This document shows positions 1 to 8,104 of a stretch of 28,312 nucleotides of DNA, piece after piece. Each line of letters begins with the position of its first letter. The stretch's first letter is position 1. Origin of the DNA: a virus (taxonomy: Duplodnaviria > Caudoviricetes); IMG/VR virus record IMGVR_UViG_3300027863_000141, positions 1 through 28,312 of that record. One strand, written 5' to 3'. Position numbers and translations under genes: made by a program. The notes beneath the pieces were generated by a model. The model saw nothing but the letters and a program-made list of their open reading frames with translations. It ran no database searches and had not been told where the DNA came from.

Positions 1-117
1 GGGAGCGGGCGCGTGTGGCGAGTCAGGGTAGCCACGTTTTTAGCCATGGTGACGAGAAACCGGCTGAAAGCCCGAAGCCATCAACAGCCGTAATCAATTG
101 AAAATGGGGAAGATAAA

Positions 118-195
118 TGGTCGGGGCGAGTGGATTTGAACCACCGACCTCCTGGTCCCGAACCAGGCGCTCTAGCCAGGCTGAGCCACGCCCCG
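118..195 (-). tRNA. tRNA-Pro(CGG), full length with encoded CCA; probable attachment site
   Basis: Reverse complement CGGGGCG...CCTGG-TTCGGGA-CCAGG...GGTTCAAATCC...CGCCCCG-A-CCA folds as a canonical cloverleaf with anticodon CGG. Confidence 0.97.
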
Positions 196-1134
196 ATGAA
201 TCAACAACTTAACGGGAAAACAACCGGAACTGAGCCTCTGGTCAACAGCTCACCAGTTCCCAACTCGTCAACCAGCATACCAACCTTTGAAGCCTACGTG
301 CAAGACAGGAAGTACACCCGCAACGTCTCCCCCAAAACCCTGCTCTGGTACGAAGACGTGTGGCGGTCGTTCGGCCCCTACCTCCGCACAGACTCCGCTC
401 TGTCCGTCAAGGAGTCGGTCAGGGAAGGGGTCCAGGCCCTCCTGGCTAAGGGAATAAAGCCGGTCTCCATCAACTCCTGGCTCACCGGCGTTCGTGCTTT
501 CGCCCTATGGCTATGGAACGAGGGCTACCTGAAAGAGAAACCCAAAGTTCAACTACTCAAGTGCGAACAGAAGGTCATCCAAACTTTCACGCCCGAACAG
601 TCAAAGCTCATCATCGGCTACAAGGGCAAGAAGGTCTCCAGCCGACGCGCGCATGTGGTCGCCTGCGTCATCCTGGACTGCGGGCTCCGCATCTCTGAAG
701 TGCTCACGCTCCGCAAGGAGTCCTTCGACTTCAACAACTTGGTCATCAAGGTCAAGGGCAAGGGCAACAAGGAACGGCTGGTGCCAATGTCGTTTGAACT
801 CCGCAAGGTGGTTTGGAAGTGGAGTGCCAAACAGGAACACGCCCTGATGTTTGGAACCCGAAACGGGACGCCGATGACGCCCCGGAACTTCCAGCGGGAC
901 TTCGCGCGGATCTGCAAGGAACTGAAGATTGCCGGCGTCCGGTGCTCTCCACACACGCTTCGCCACACATTTGCTGCAAGCTACCTGCGGGCCGGGGGCA
1001 ATCTCTTTTACCTCTCCAAAATCCTCGGGCACACATCCGTGAAGACCACGGAACGGTACCTGCAAAGCTTGAACGTAAGCGACTTCCAGGCGGTGCATAA
1101 TGGCCTCTCCATATTGAATCGAGGCCAGGGATGA
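196..1134 (+). CDS. int: Tyrosine recombinase/integrase, short XerD-like type without an obvious arm-binding domain
   Basis: Catalytic motifs GLRISE (R), KGKGNK (K), HTLRH (HxxR), LGH, TERY (Y). ATG at 196 chosen because the GTG at 130 lies inside the tRNA antisense; start uncertain. Confidence 0.93.
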   Translation: MNQQLNGKTTGTEPLVNSSPVPNSSTSIPTFEAYVQDRKYTRNVSPKTLLWYEDVWRSFGPYLRTDSALSVKESVREGVQALLAKGIKPVSINSWLTGVRAFALWLWNEGYLKEKPKVQLLKCEQKVIQTFTPEQSKLIIGYKGKKVSSRRAHVVACVILDCGLRISEVLTLRKESFDFNNLVIKVKGKGNKERLVPMSFELRKVVWKWSAKQEHALMFGTRNGTPMTPRNFQRDFARICKELKIAGVRCSPHTLRHTFAASYLRAGGNLFYLSKILGHTSVKTTERYLQSLNVSDFQAVHNGLSILNRGQG

Positions 1135-1169
1135 TAAAACTCCGGCAGATTCGGTATGATGCTGTATGG

Positions 1170-2120
1170 ATGCGTGTTCCCCACCCAATCCCGTACCAAG
1201 GCAGCAAGCGGGCGTTAGCTCCACTCATCCTCAAGTACTTCCCAGCCGACACGAAGCACCTAATCGAGCCGTTCTGCGGAGCCGGAGCAATCACCCTAGC
1301 TGCTTCATTGCACAACAGGGCAAAAACGTTCTCCATGAACGACATCAACGCCCCATTGATGGCGTTGTGGGATAGAATCATCAACGCGCCTGAAGACACC
1401 GCTGATGCCTACGCGAAAATGTGGAACGCACAACTCGGCAACGAACGCAAGTATTACAACCAGGTAAGGGAAGAGTTCAACAAGACGAAGCGGCCAGAAC
1501 TCCTGCTCTATCTACTGCTGCGTTGCGTGAAAGCAGCGGTGCGTTACAACTCCGATGGGGACTTCAACCAAAGTCCGGATAACCGACGGCTGGGCATGAG
1601 GCCAGACACGTTGCGCCGCCACATCCTGGTGGCTTCCAACCTGCTAAAAGGTAAAACCAAACTCCAATCGAAAGACTACCGGGATATTCTGGCGGAGGCG
1701 GAAGGCAAGGACTTGGTCTATATGGACCCTCCCTACCAGGGCGTGTGCAAGAACCGGGACAACCGCTACTTCGGAACCTTCAATAGCGCAGAGTTCATCA
1801 CGTCTCTGGCTGAATTAAACCGACGCGGCATTTCCTATATCCTGAGCTACGACGGCAGGACCGGGAACAGGGTGTACGGCAAGCCAATGCCGGAATCGCT
1901 GGAACTGACGCACTTGGAAATTGAAGTGGGCAGGTCGTCTCAAGCCACACTCAACGGAGAGGAACACGTCACCGTGGAATCCATCTACCTGTCTCCGGCT
2001 TTGTCCCACCGGCTAGGCGGAGTGAAGAAAGCCCAGTTGACTGCGGCTCCTAAACAGCATAATCTGTTGGATTGCCAAACCAATCTAGAGAACTGCCAAG
2101 AGCGTTTATCGAACGTCTAA
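1170..2120 (+). CDS. N6-adenine DNA methyltransferase, D12/Dam class; M subunit of a type II R-M system
   Basis: PYQGSK, EPFCGAG (motif I), NDIN, YMDPPY (motif IV), LSYD; start could be 1131 or 1170. Confidence 0.93.
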   Translation: MRVPHPIPYQGSKRALAPLILKYFPADTKHLIEPFCGAGAITLAASLHNRAKTFSMNDINAPLMALWDRIINAPEDTADAYAKMWNAQLGNERKYYNQVREEFNKTKRPELLLYLLLRCVKAAVRYNSDGDFNQSPDNRRLGMRPDTLRRHILVASNLLKGKTKLQSKDYRDILAEAEGKDLVYMDPPYQGVCKNRDNRYFGTFNSAEFITSLAELNRRGISYILSYDGRTGNRVYGKPMPESLELTHLEIEVGRSSQATLNGEEHVTVESIYLSPALSHRLGGVKKAQLTAAPKQHNLLDCQTNLENCQERLSNV

Positions 2121-2788
2121 AACGCGTGACGGCCAAGAGGCCGCGCACCGTTATTGACCATATCCTTGAGCATGGCTTCATCACCACCGACGAACTGAAG
2201 ACGAAGTACGGCTACAACCATCCGCCGCGAGCGGCTATGGACGTAAAGGACCAGGGCATCCCCCTGGTACGCTTCAAAGTCACTAATGAACAAGGACGTT
2301 CCATAGCCGCCTACCGCTTTGGGGACGTGACCAACATCCGCAAAGGATTCGAAGGCAGGCAGGCTTTCTCAAAAGCGCTCAAGGAACAGGTCAGCGCAGC
2401 TAACGGAGGAAGATGCAATATCTGCCTCTCCGAACATGAGCTACAAATCGACCACCGTGTGCCCTACGTCGTGGCCGGCGATGTTGGGTTCGCCGATAAG
2501 GACGTTACCGAGTATATGCTCTTATGCCGGATGTGCAATCGAGCGAAATCCTGGTGCTGCGAGCATTGCCCCAATTGGTTGGAGTTGAAAAAGGCCGCAG
2601 TCTGCCAGACCTGCTATTGGGCAAGTCCGGGAAAATATAGCCACGTGGCTATGAGAAACGAAAGACGCCTGGATATAGTCTGGAGTGAAGGTGAAACGGA
2701 AGTCTATGACCGACTCAAACAGAAGGCGGATGCAGTTAGTCAAGAAATGCCGGATTTTGTTAAACGCATCCTTCGGAAAACAATCTAA
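2072..2788 (+). CDS. HNH type II restriction endonuclease, SphI-like (probable site GCATGC)
   Basis: CNIC...QIDHRVP...CRMCNRAKSW HNH/Zn motifs; HPPRAA.D.KD.G and NRAKSW.CE.CPNW...C.WASP..Y.HV match my recall of R.SphI; overlaps the MTase 3' end. Confidence 0.8.
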   Translation: MPNQSRELPRAFIERLKRVTAKRPRTVIDHILEHGFITTDELKTKYGYNHPPRAAMDVKDQGIPLVRFKVTNEQGRSIAAYRFGDVTNIRKGFEGRQAFSKALKEQVSAANGGRCNICLSEHELQIDHRVPYVVAGDVGFADKDVTEYMLLCRMCNRAKSWCCEHCPNWLELKKAAVCQTCYWASPGKYSHVAMRNERRLDIVWSEGETEVYDRLKQKADAVSQEMPDFVKRILRKTI

Positions 2789-2946
2789 TCCTTTTTCACA
2801 GCCCAAGCCATCGCAACAACCCATCCGATGAACGTCCATCCCAAGAACAGGTTGATGACGGCAATGGAGGCCGCGTTCTTCTTCTTGGCCGTGAGAGCTT
2901 GGATTGTTGGCAGGAAGTATACTCCCAACACGAAAATGGTCAGCAT
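2785..2946 (-). CDS. Superinfection immunity protein (T4 Imm-like), 53 aa; not in ORF track
   Basis: MLTIFVLGVYFLPTIQALTAKKKNAASIAVINLFLGWTFIGWVVAMAWAVKKD; YFLP...NLFLGWT.IGW signature. Confidence 0.88.
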   Translation of the reverse strand: MLTIFVLGVYFLPTIQALTAKKKNAASIAVINLFLGWTFIGWVVAMAWAVKKD

Positions 2947-2957
2947 TGTAGTTCGAG

Positions 2958-3104
2958 TTAATGTTTAGAGCTTTTATCTGATACCGTTAGGTACCAGTCG
3001 ATAAATTTAGCAAGAGCATGGACCGTCTTAATTTTAGGGTCCTCCAAGGCGTGCTTAAGGGCGCGTTTAATTCGCTGTCCTCTTGGAGTGATAGCCTTTT
3101 CCAT
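2958..3104 (-). CDS. Small hypothetical protein
   Basis: MEKAITPRG... fills the operon between DUF1064 and Imm genes. Confidence 0.5.
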   Translation of the reverse strand: MEKAITPRGQRIKRALKHALEDPKIKTVHALAKFIDWYLTVSDKSSKH

Positions 3105-3462
3105 AGTGGTAAGTCTGTTTACTGGTGATAACGACATAACTGATATTAGGATAATTATCTTCAAACAAGTTTCTCTTTAGCCTCCACACTTCAGTTGCCA
3201 CCCCTTTCGCTTCCCACACTTCCTGGTGGCCATCTTTGAACGTCAACAAGAAGTCAACGCGATGACTACATATCTTCCCGCCGTTCTTACCATACAGTAC
3301 AAACGTCCGTTGCGGTTCCACGCTAACAACTTCCCCTGCCTTGCGTAAGACCTCAATCTCTTGGGCAACTCCAGCTTCAAGCTTTGAGTCATACTTCCTG
3401 CCATTCCAGACCGTTTTCTTTGCGCCATACTTATTTGCCCTTCTTTGATACCAGACCATCAA
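3067..3462 (-). CDS. DUF1064-family phage nuclease
   Basis: NKYGAKKT...YDSKLEA...VDF...EAKGVAT motif pattern. Confidence 0.85.
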   Translation of the reverse strand: MMVWYQRRANKYGAKKTVWNGRKYDSKLEAGVAQEIEVLRKAGEVVSVEPQRTFVLYGKNGGKICSHRVDFLLTFKDGHQEVWEAKGVATEVWRLKRNLFEDNYPNISYVVITSKQTYHYGKGYHSKRTAN

Positions 3463-3625
3463 GGTTGTTGTTAATTGTGTTCTGCTCCACCTTCAAACCA
3501 GCCCAGACGGCAATCCAGAAAGAAATAACTATCCATAGCAGGATGCCGATGGCGGCGAGAAGTAGGATGATGGCAAAGATTTGGCTAACGATTTGGCTGG
3601 CAAGTGCGGGGGTGTCGGCGGTCAT
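3431..3625 (-). CDS. Small membrane protein
   Basis: Long hydrophobic segment; start overlaps the upstream stop. Confidence 0.65.
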   Translation of the reverse strand: MTADTPALASQIVSQIFAIILLLAAIGILLWIVISFWIAVWAGLKVEQNTINNNLDGLVSKKGK

Positions 3626-4014
3626 AGTTTTACTTCATTAGGGTCTGGGATAATAATGTTCAATTCCTCTGCCGCCCATTGGCGGACTTTCTCGATGTAG
3701 GTAATGAAATCTATTGTGTCTAGTCTTTTTGTTGTGGCAGGTGCGACCAAGTTGCCGATAAAACGTTTAGGAGAAAACTGGTACTTGAGGGCGATGTGTA
3801 CTTCCTCGGGGTCGGCTCCAGTATGGTCTGCGATTAGTTTGTAGCACACGCCCCATAGATAACGATTTTGCTCATTGCTGCGGCGCCGGGTCTGCTTTTC
3901 CACGGTCACATTTACCCGTTTGCCGTTAAGGGTGTGGAGGTGGGCGATGAACTCGGGCTTGTTGTCAAGCAGAAGTTTGCCGTCTTGGATTGCGCCGGGG
4001 AAAGTGGGGGTCAT
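3622..4014 (-). CDS. NinB/Orf-like recombination accessory protein
   Basis: RRSNEQNRYLWG...EEVH..LK...TTKRL...F..YIEKV..WAAE...IPDP pattern. Confidence 0.75.
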   Translation of the reverse strand: MTPTFPGAIQDGKLLLDNKPEFIAHLHTLNGKRVNVTVEKQTRRRSNEQNRYLWGVCYKLIADHTGADPEEVHIALKYQFSPKRFIGNLVAPATTKRLDTIDFITYIEKVRQWAAEELNIIIPDPNEVKL

Positions 4015-4355
4015 TGCTGCGGGGTTAATGCTTTGCTGATGGTGTTGTCTGCGAAGTTGAAGTTTTCAAACGGCCCGAACTCTTTCCCAGCATATGGTCC
4101 CTTCAGGAACCTAATCTTAAACGCTGTATCCCAACTCTCAACAGTGAACATCTCAAACGGAAAACCAACAATTATCTCTATCTGTGGCTCAAAGTCCGGA
4201 CCACCCATCACCATCCACTTTTCCAAAAAGTGCAACGATGTAATTTCGTCTTTCCATTCGCCCGTATAGTTATACTGCGTGCGCCCACAGAACCCACATT
4301 GCCGGTAGTGATATTTTAAATTGTTCTGCCAATATTTGCAGTCGTGACGGCTCAT
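4011..4355 (-). CDS. Hypothetical protein with N-terminal Cys/His cluster
   Basis: HDC...CGFCG; ATGA overlaps at both ends. Confidence 0.7.
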   Translation of the reverse strand: MSRHDCKYWQNNLKYHYRQCGFCGRTQYNYTGEWKDEITSLHFLEKWMVMGGPDFEPQIEIIVGFPFEMFTVESWDTAFKIRFLKGPYAGKEFGPFENFNFADNTISKALTPQQ

Positions 4356-4537
4356 TGGATTGTCTTATATGAATGATTAAAGTAAACATCCAGGGCAGTC
4401 CTGCGGAACAGCCAATTACGAAATCCCGGTAGGTGCCTATAAACCAACACCGTCTCGCCTTGATTTATGTCTATAACATCACCTGGATAAATAATGCATG
4501 TTTCCTTATCGGAGTTTGTATGAAATAATATTTTCAT
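4352..4537 (-). CDS. Small hypothetical protein
   Basis: Operon position, TTAAAC leader, ATGA overlap with next gene. Confidence 0.6.
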   Translation of the reverse strand: MKILFHTNSDKETCIIYPGDVIDINQGETVLVYRHLPGFRNWLFRRTALDVYFNHSYKTIQ

Positions 4538-4583
4538 TGTCGTAGTTGTTTAATGTTAATACCCACACTTAAGGGGATAGTTT

Positions 4584-5084
4584 TCATTTTGAATTGCTTA
4601 ATTGTTTTGACAGAACCCAGAACGGCTGGCTGTTCGCCTTCACCGTCTTCCAGTCCAATAACATTCCCCTGTTTGAAGCCTGGTCGCCTCCGGTCAAGTG
4701 CCGGTATAAATCTCTTTCCATGTAGCTTCCGTCTGCCCGGCGTGTTCGCTGTTTAGCGTGGTACATCTCCAAGAGGTGCTGGCGGTCAAAGACATTAAGG
4801 AAGAGGCGGCCATAGACGAACTTGTGAGCCTTGCTGTTTCTGATGGCTTTTTCTTCTACAAAGATGTTGCCCGTGAATGCTGAACCCCAGTCCATCTTCA
4901 CTTCCAGGAGTAGGGGGTTGTCTTCCGGCTGGCCGACGTAAATATCAAAGTCTTCTCTGCGTGGGTCTTCGGTGCCGGAAAAAGGATTGAAGCCAACCGG
5001 AATACCTTGGGAGTAGAGGTGCTGAACTATCAGCTCTTCAAGGGGTGCGCCTCGCTGGTCGCGGTCGCGGTAAAAATCTGACAA
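4584..5084 (-). CDS. PD-(D/E)XK nuclease-fold protein
   Basis: E...FDI...LLEVKMD...TGNIFVE motif. Confidence 0.7.
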   Translation of the reverse strand: MSDFYRDRDQRGAPLEELIVQHLYSQGIPVGFNPFSGTEDPRREDFDIYVGQPEDNPLLLEVKMDWGSAFTGNIFVEEKAIRNSKAHKFVYGRLFLNVFDRQHLLEMYHAKQRTRRADGSYMERDLYRHLTGGDQASNRGMLLDWKTVKANSQPFWVLSKQLSNSK

Positions 5085-5112
5085 GAGAGTGGGGTTAAAA
5101 ATCTCTACTTAA

Positions 5113-5155
5113 ATTATCTCAAAGAAAAAACTAACGCGCAAACGAGTTATCCACA
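5113..5155 (-). promoter_or_regulatory. Sigma70-type promoter with upstream DnaA box
   Basis: TGTGGATAA (5155-5147), TTGCGC (5141-5136), 17 nt, TGA-GATAAT (5118-5113). Confidence 0.7.
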
Positions 5156-5156
5156 G

Positions 5157-5348
5157 TCAAGCGCTTAAAGTGTGCGCCAACTTTTCTCTATAGGTCTTAA
5201 CTGCTTTTTGGTATCCCTTACCAGTTTCTACTTTGCCGTCTTCCTTCCTTTCCTTCCTTCCTTCTCTTCCTTCCTTCAGGTTCCATCTGGTTTCCATTTG
5301 GAAGACAATGGTTTCCAAGTACTCCCAAGAGTCCTTCGGGTGCGCCAT
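5157..5348 (-). CDS. Small charged hypothetical protein
   Basis: ORF track; overlaps upstream gene. Confidence 0.45.
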   Translation of the reverse strand: MAHPKDSWEYLETIVFQMETRWNLKEGREGRKERKEDGKVETGKGYQKAVKTYREKLAHTLSA

Positions 5349-5596
5349 TTCTCGTTCTTCAGTAGCTTAAACAATTCCTTTGTCCGTGGTACACACTTCT
5401 TCCGCCCACAGAGGTCGCATACTTCCTTGTAATGAAAGCTCTTCCCTTGCGCCTTCCCGTTGTGGACCCACTTCTCATAGTGGAAGGTTGGGTGCTCACA
5501 CTTTGGTTTCCGCTGACGGGGCGGCTTGGGTGGTTTTAAGTCGGACTCGGTTAGAGGGTGTTCGTTGAGTTGCTGGATGGTGTCTAATATGCTCAT
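5276..5596 (-). CDS. Hypothetical Zn-binding protein
   Basis: CEH...CDLCG; starts 2 nt after the initiator stop. Confidence 0.65.
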   Translation of the reverse strand: MSILDTIQQLNEHPLTESDLKPPKPPRQRKPKCEHPTFHYEKWVHNGKAQGKSFHYKEVCDLCGRKKCVPRTKELFKLLKNEKWRTRRTLGSTWKPLSSKWKPDGT

Positions 5597-5598
5597 AT

Positions 5599-6057
5599 CT
5601 ACATGCTTTTAATTGGTGTTCTTGTTTTCAAGTTATTTAACTCCCCTTTTCTTTTGTATAGTTTCTTTTGTATAGTTTCTTTTGTATGTCCCTGTTTAGG
5701 GACATGGTAATTCCCTGTTTGGGGACTACCTACGTTCCCTGTTTGGGGAATAATCCAAGTATGATAATTTTTGTTAAAATGGTAGGCTGTCTCGGTCTTG
5801 GACATCTTAGACTTGTCAATAAGCTTCTTTTTTACCAGTTTATTAATAGACCGACAAATGTGTTTTTTGTCAAGCTGCGTCCCGTTCACAAACTGCGATA
5901 ATGATATTACGTCCGTGGACTTTTTCCAACCATATGTTTTTCTTAAAAGGTAATGCAAAATCCGCCACTCATAGGGCGAGAGGTTGAGCATAGCAAACGC
6001 CTCCATTAGTTCGTTGGCTATCGGCGTGTAGCCATTTTCTTTTTGTGGGCTTGCCAT
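5599..6057 (-). CDS. Lambda O-like replication initiator (N-terminal DNA-binding domain, short)
   Basis: MASPQKENGYTPIANEL...RKTYGW.K..D.ISLSQF...NKNY..W pattern; contains iterons. Confidence 0.88.
   Translation of the reverse strand: MASPQKENGYTPIANELMEAFAMLNLSPYEWRILHYLLRKTYGWKKSTDVISLSQFVNGTQLDKKHICRSINKLVKKKLIDKSKMSKTETAYHFNKNYHTWIIPQTGNVGSPQTGNYHVPKQGHTKETIQKKLYKRKGELNNLKTRTPIKSM
5648..5750. repeat. Probable replication origin: three quasi-palindromic iterons plus AT-rich repeats
   Basis: TCCCTGTTT(A/G)GGGA at 5689, 5712, 5736; TTTCTTTTGTATAG nearly x3 at 5648-5687; same layout as lambdoid ori inside O. Confidence 0.85.
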
Positions 6058-6071
6058 AAGAGAATAAAAAT

Positions 6072-6181
6072 CCCCGCTACCAGTCTCTTGTGCAAGAGGG
6101 AACGAGATGCGTTCCTGGTAGCGGGGGTCTTTTGCGAATTCGCCTATTCAAAAATCTCGTTACCTAAACCTCTTGCACAAG
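6072..6181 (-). ncRNA. C4/CI-like antisense RNA element with upstream target boxes
   Basis: 12-bp outer stem (6072-6083/6115-6126) enclosing two hairpins whose sequences complement boxes at 6154-6161 and 6169-6181. Confidence 0.72.
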
Positions 6182-6189
6182 GTGAGGTA

Positions 6190-6219
6190 AGCATAAAGGA
6201 TTGGCCGGACATCTGTCAA
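6190..6219 (-). promoter_or_regulatory. Leftward promoter for the replication operon
   Basis: TTGACA (6219-6214), 18 nt, TATGCT (6195-6190). Confidence 0.7.
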
Positions 6220-6229
6220 ATCACCTACC

Positions 6230-6272
6230 TGTGGATAACTGGCCTTGCCAGAAAATATAGATGTGCCACAAT
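6230..6272 (+). promoter_or_regulatory. Rightward promoter with upstream DnaA box
   Basis: TGTGGATAA (6230-6238), TTGCCA (6245-6250), 16 nt, TGC-CACAAT (6267-6272). Confidence 0.65.
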
Positions 6273-6315
6273 ACAGATATAAAAGGTCGCTCTTTATAAA
6301 CCAACATTTACAATC

Positions 6316-6735
6316 ATGCAAGCTGAAGTTAAACGGCTTGTAGAGCTACGCCGCCAGATTGCGGAATACGATGAAGCCTATGAACAGGCTGTATCTCCCC
6401 TAAAGCTGGAACGGGACGCTCTGCAAACCAAGATAACCGAGGAGCTAAAAATGGCTGGTGTGTTATCCCAGCGGTTCCAAGATGCTACGGTTACCAGGTC
6501 AGTCCGCAAGACTGTCCAAGTGCTTGACGAAGCGAAAGCCGTGGCTGCCCTAAAAGCCAAAGGGTTGACCGACTACGTTTCCGAAAGCATCAACAAGCTG
6601 TTCTGGGACAGTGCCGCCAAAGAGATTGCCAAATCCGGCAAGACTGATATTGACGGCCTGGCTATCCAGGAAAAGGAATACCTCTCCGTCCGTGAAAGCG
6701 ACAAAGAGGAACGTAGAAAAGTAACGGTGGACTAA
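6316..6735 (+). CDS. Coiled-coil phage protein, Gp157/Gam-like
   Basis: N-terminal coiled coil, C-terminal IDGL...E.E.LSVR; sits before SSB. Confidence 0.65.
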   Translation: MQAEVKRLVELRRQIAEYDEAYEQAVSPLKLERDALQTKITEELKMAGVLSQRFQDATVTRSVRKTVQVLDEAKAVAALKAKGLTDYVSESINKLFWDSAAKEIAKSGKTDIDGLAIQEKEYLSVRESDKEERRKVTVD

Positions 6736-6758
6736 ACCACCAGAAACATAACTGGCAT

Positions 6759-7415
6759 ATGCCATTAGATCCAAAACAAACCGTTTTCAAGGAGCCATCC
6801 GGAAAAGACTGGGCGCTCCTTCCAGAAGACACCTACCAAGTGCAAATCCAGGACATCACCCAAGATGTGACCGAATGGAAAGGCGAAAAGAAAGACGTTC
6901 TCAAGTTCAAGTTCGTCATTATCGAGCAGCACCAGTTCGAAGAAAATGGACGCAAGTGCTATACCTACGGCAGAGTCTTGTTCAAACGCGGGTCCATAGT
7001 CCAGCCGATTCCTTCCGCGAACAACAAAGACCCGCTTACCTACAAAATCTGCTCGGCGGTTGCCGGCAGGAAACTTACCGAAGAGCAGGGTAAGAAAATC
7101 ACCATCGCGGACCTCAACCGCCTAATTGGAAAACAACTCCGAGTGGGCGTTTCCATCAGCGCGCCGAAGCCGGACGGGAAGCAATTCAATAATGTGGACA
7201 CCTTCTACTCCATCAAGCAAACACTGCCACCGTTCGATGAGAATAAGGTGGTCAAGGATGAGGAACCGGCGCATTCGCCGGCAGCTCCTGCCATCCCGAC
7301 CCAGCCTGACGGTGTGGTTTACCAGCCGGTCGCCCCAGTCGCCGCACAGATGCCTGCTGCTGAATCCGGCGAACTGGAAACCGAAGACATCAATGTCGAG
7401 GATATTCCGTTTTAG
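6759..7415 (+). CDS. Single-stranded DNA-binding protein, DUF669-like
   Basis: LLPEDTY.V.I...LIGK.L.V...FNNV; acidic tail ending EDIPF. Confidence 0.8.
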   Translation: MPLDPKQTVFKEPSGKDWALLPEDTYQVQIQDITQDVTEWKGEKKDVLKFKFVIIEQHQFEENGRKCYTYGRVLFKRGSIVQPIPSANNKDPLTYKICSAVAGRKLTEEQGKKITIADLNRLIGKQLRVGVSISAPKPDGKQFNNVDTFYSIKQTLPPFDENKVVKDEEPAHSPAAPAIPTQPDGVVYQPVAPVAAQMPAAESGELETEDINVEDIPF

Positions 7416-7526
7416 ACACCATGCCCCTGACTCTGGTCGGGGGCTGAATTGGGCAGGCGTGGCGGACAACACGCGAAGGGCCGCAAAGTAGCTACCCGCC
7501 TGTCCTATTTAGCAAAACAAACCCGC

Positions 7527-8087
7527 ATGGAAAACCAAAATGAACCAGCACAACCAAGAAACTGGTGGAACAAGTATTCGCAAGAACGGAAATGCGCCCG
7601 TTGCCCCCGGACCTTTATAGCCAAGTCGCCCAACTCGCTGTATTGCCAAAATTGTCGCGAAGCGAAAACTAAGGAAAATAGGGCCACGTACCTTTTGCGG
7701 AAAAAGCTGCACTTGACGGAAAAGCGAAAGACAAAACAGAGGCTGCCCAGCGCTGACGTCTGTTGGTGGTGTTTAGGCGTCTGCAAGCCGGGGGAAAACT
7801 GCCCGGACTGCGGCACGCCGTATGATTTAGAGAAAGCCACAAAAGCGCAAAGCAGGCAGAATGTGAGCTACCTGGACATTGTTGCCCAGAACGCCAAAAA
7901 GGAAGGCAAAAACCCCAAAGCGGAACTGGAGCGTATCCGCAGCCTTCGGATGACAGGCACTTATGGAAACAAGCAATATTGGAAGGACGTGAATAATATA
8001 CTTGACAATTACTTGTCAAAAAAAGGCTACCGGGTAATGTATAACGGGGTGGTGGTGGAAAAGAAACCTAAAAACGTCAAAAATTAG
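7527..8087 (+). CDS. Hypothetical basic protein with four CxxC pairs
   Basis: CARC, CQNC, CWWC, CPDC; ATG at 7527 after an A/C-rich leader. Confidence 0.7.
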   Translation: MENQNEPAQPRNWWNKYSQERKCARCPRTFIAKSPNSLYCQNCREAKTKENRATYLLRKKLHLTEKRKTKQRLPSADVCWWCLGVCKPGENCPDCGTPYDLEKATKAQSRQNVSYLDIVAQNAKKEGKNPKAELERIRSLRMTGTYGNKQYWKDVNNILDNYLSKKGYRVMYNGVVVEKKPKNVKN

Positions 8088-8104
8088 ATATTAATAAAAC
8101 AACT

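Noticed and set aside
130-195. N-terminal extension MDLNHRPPGPEP... of the integrase
   Set aside because: It is the antisense translation of tRNA-Pro; not accepted as the default start, though kept as a possibility in the att finding
5240-5277. TTCC-rich polypyrimidine tract
   Set aside because: Explained by low-complexity EGRK coding on the minus strand; no other support for a function
8002-8019. Palindrome TTGACAA-TTAC-TTGTCAA
   Set aside because: Single occurrence inside a CDS with no clearly spaced -10; cannot support an operator call
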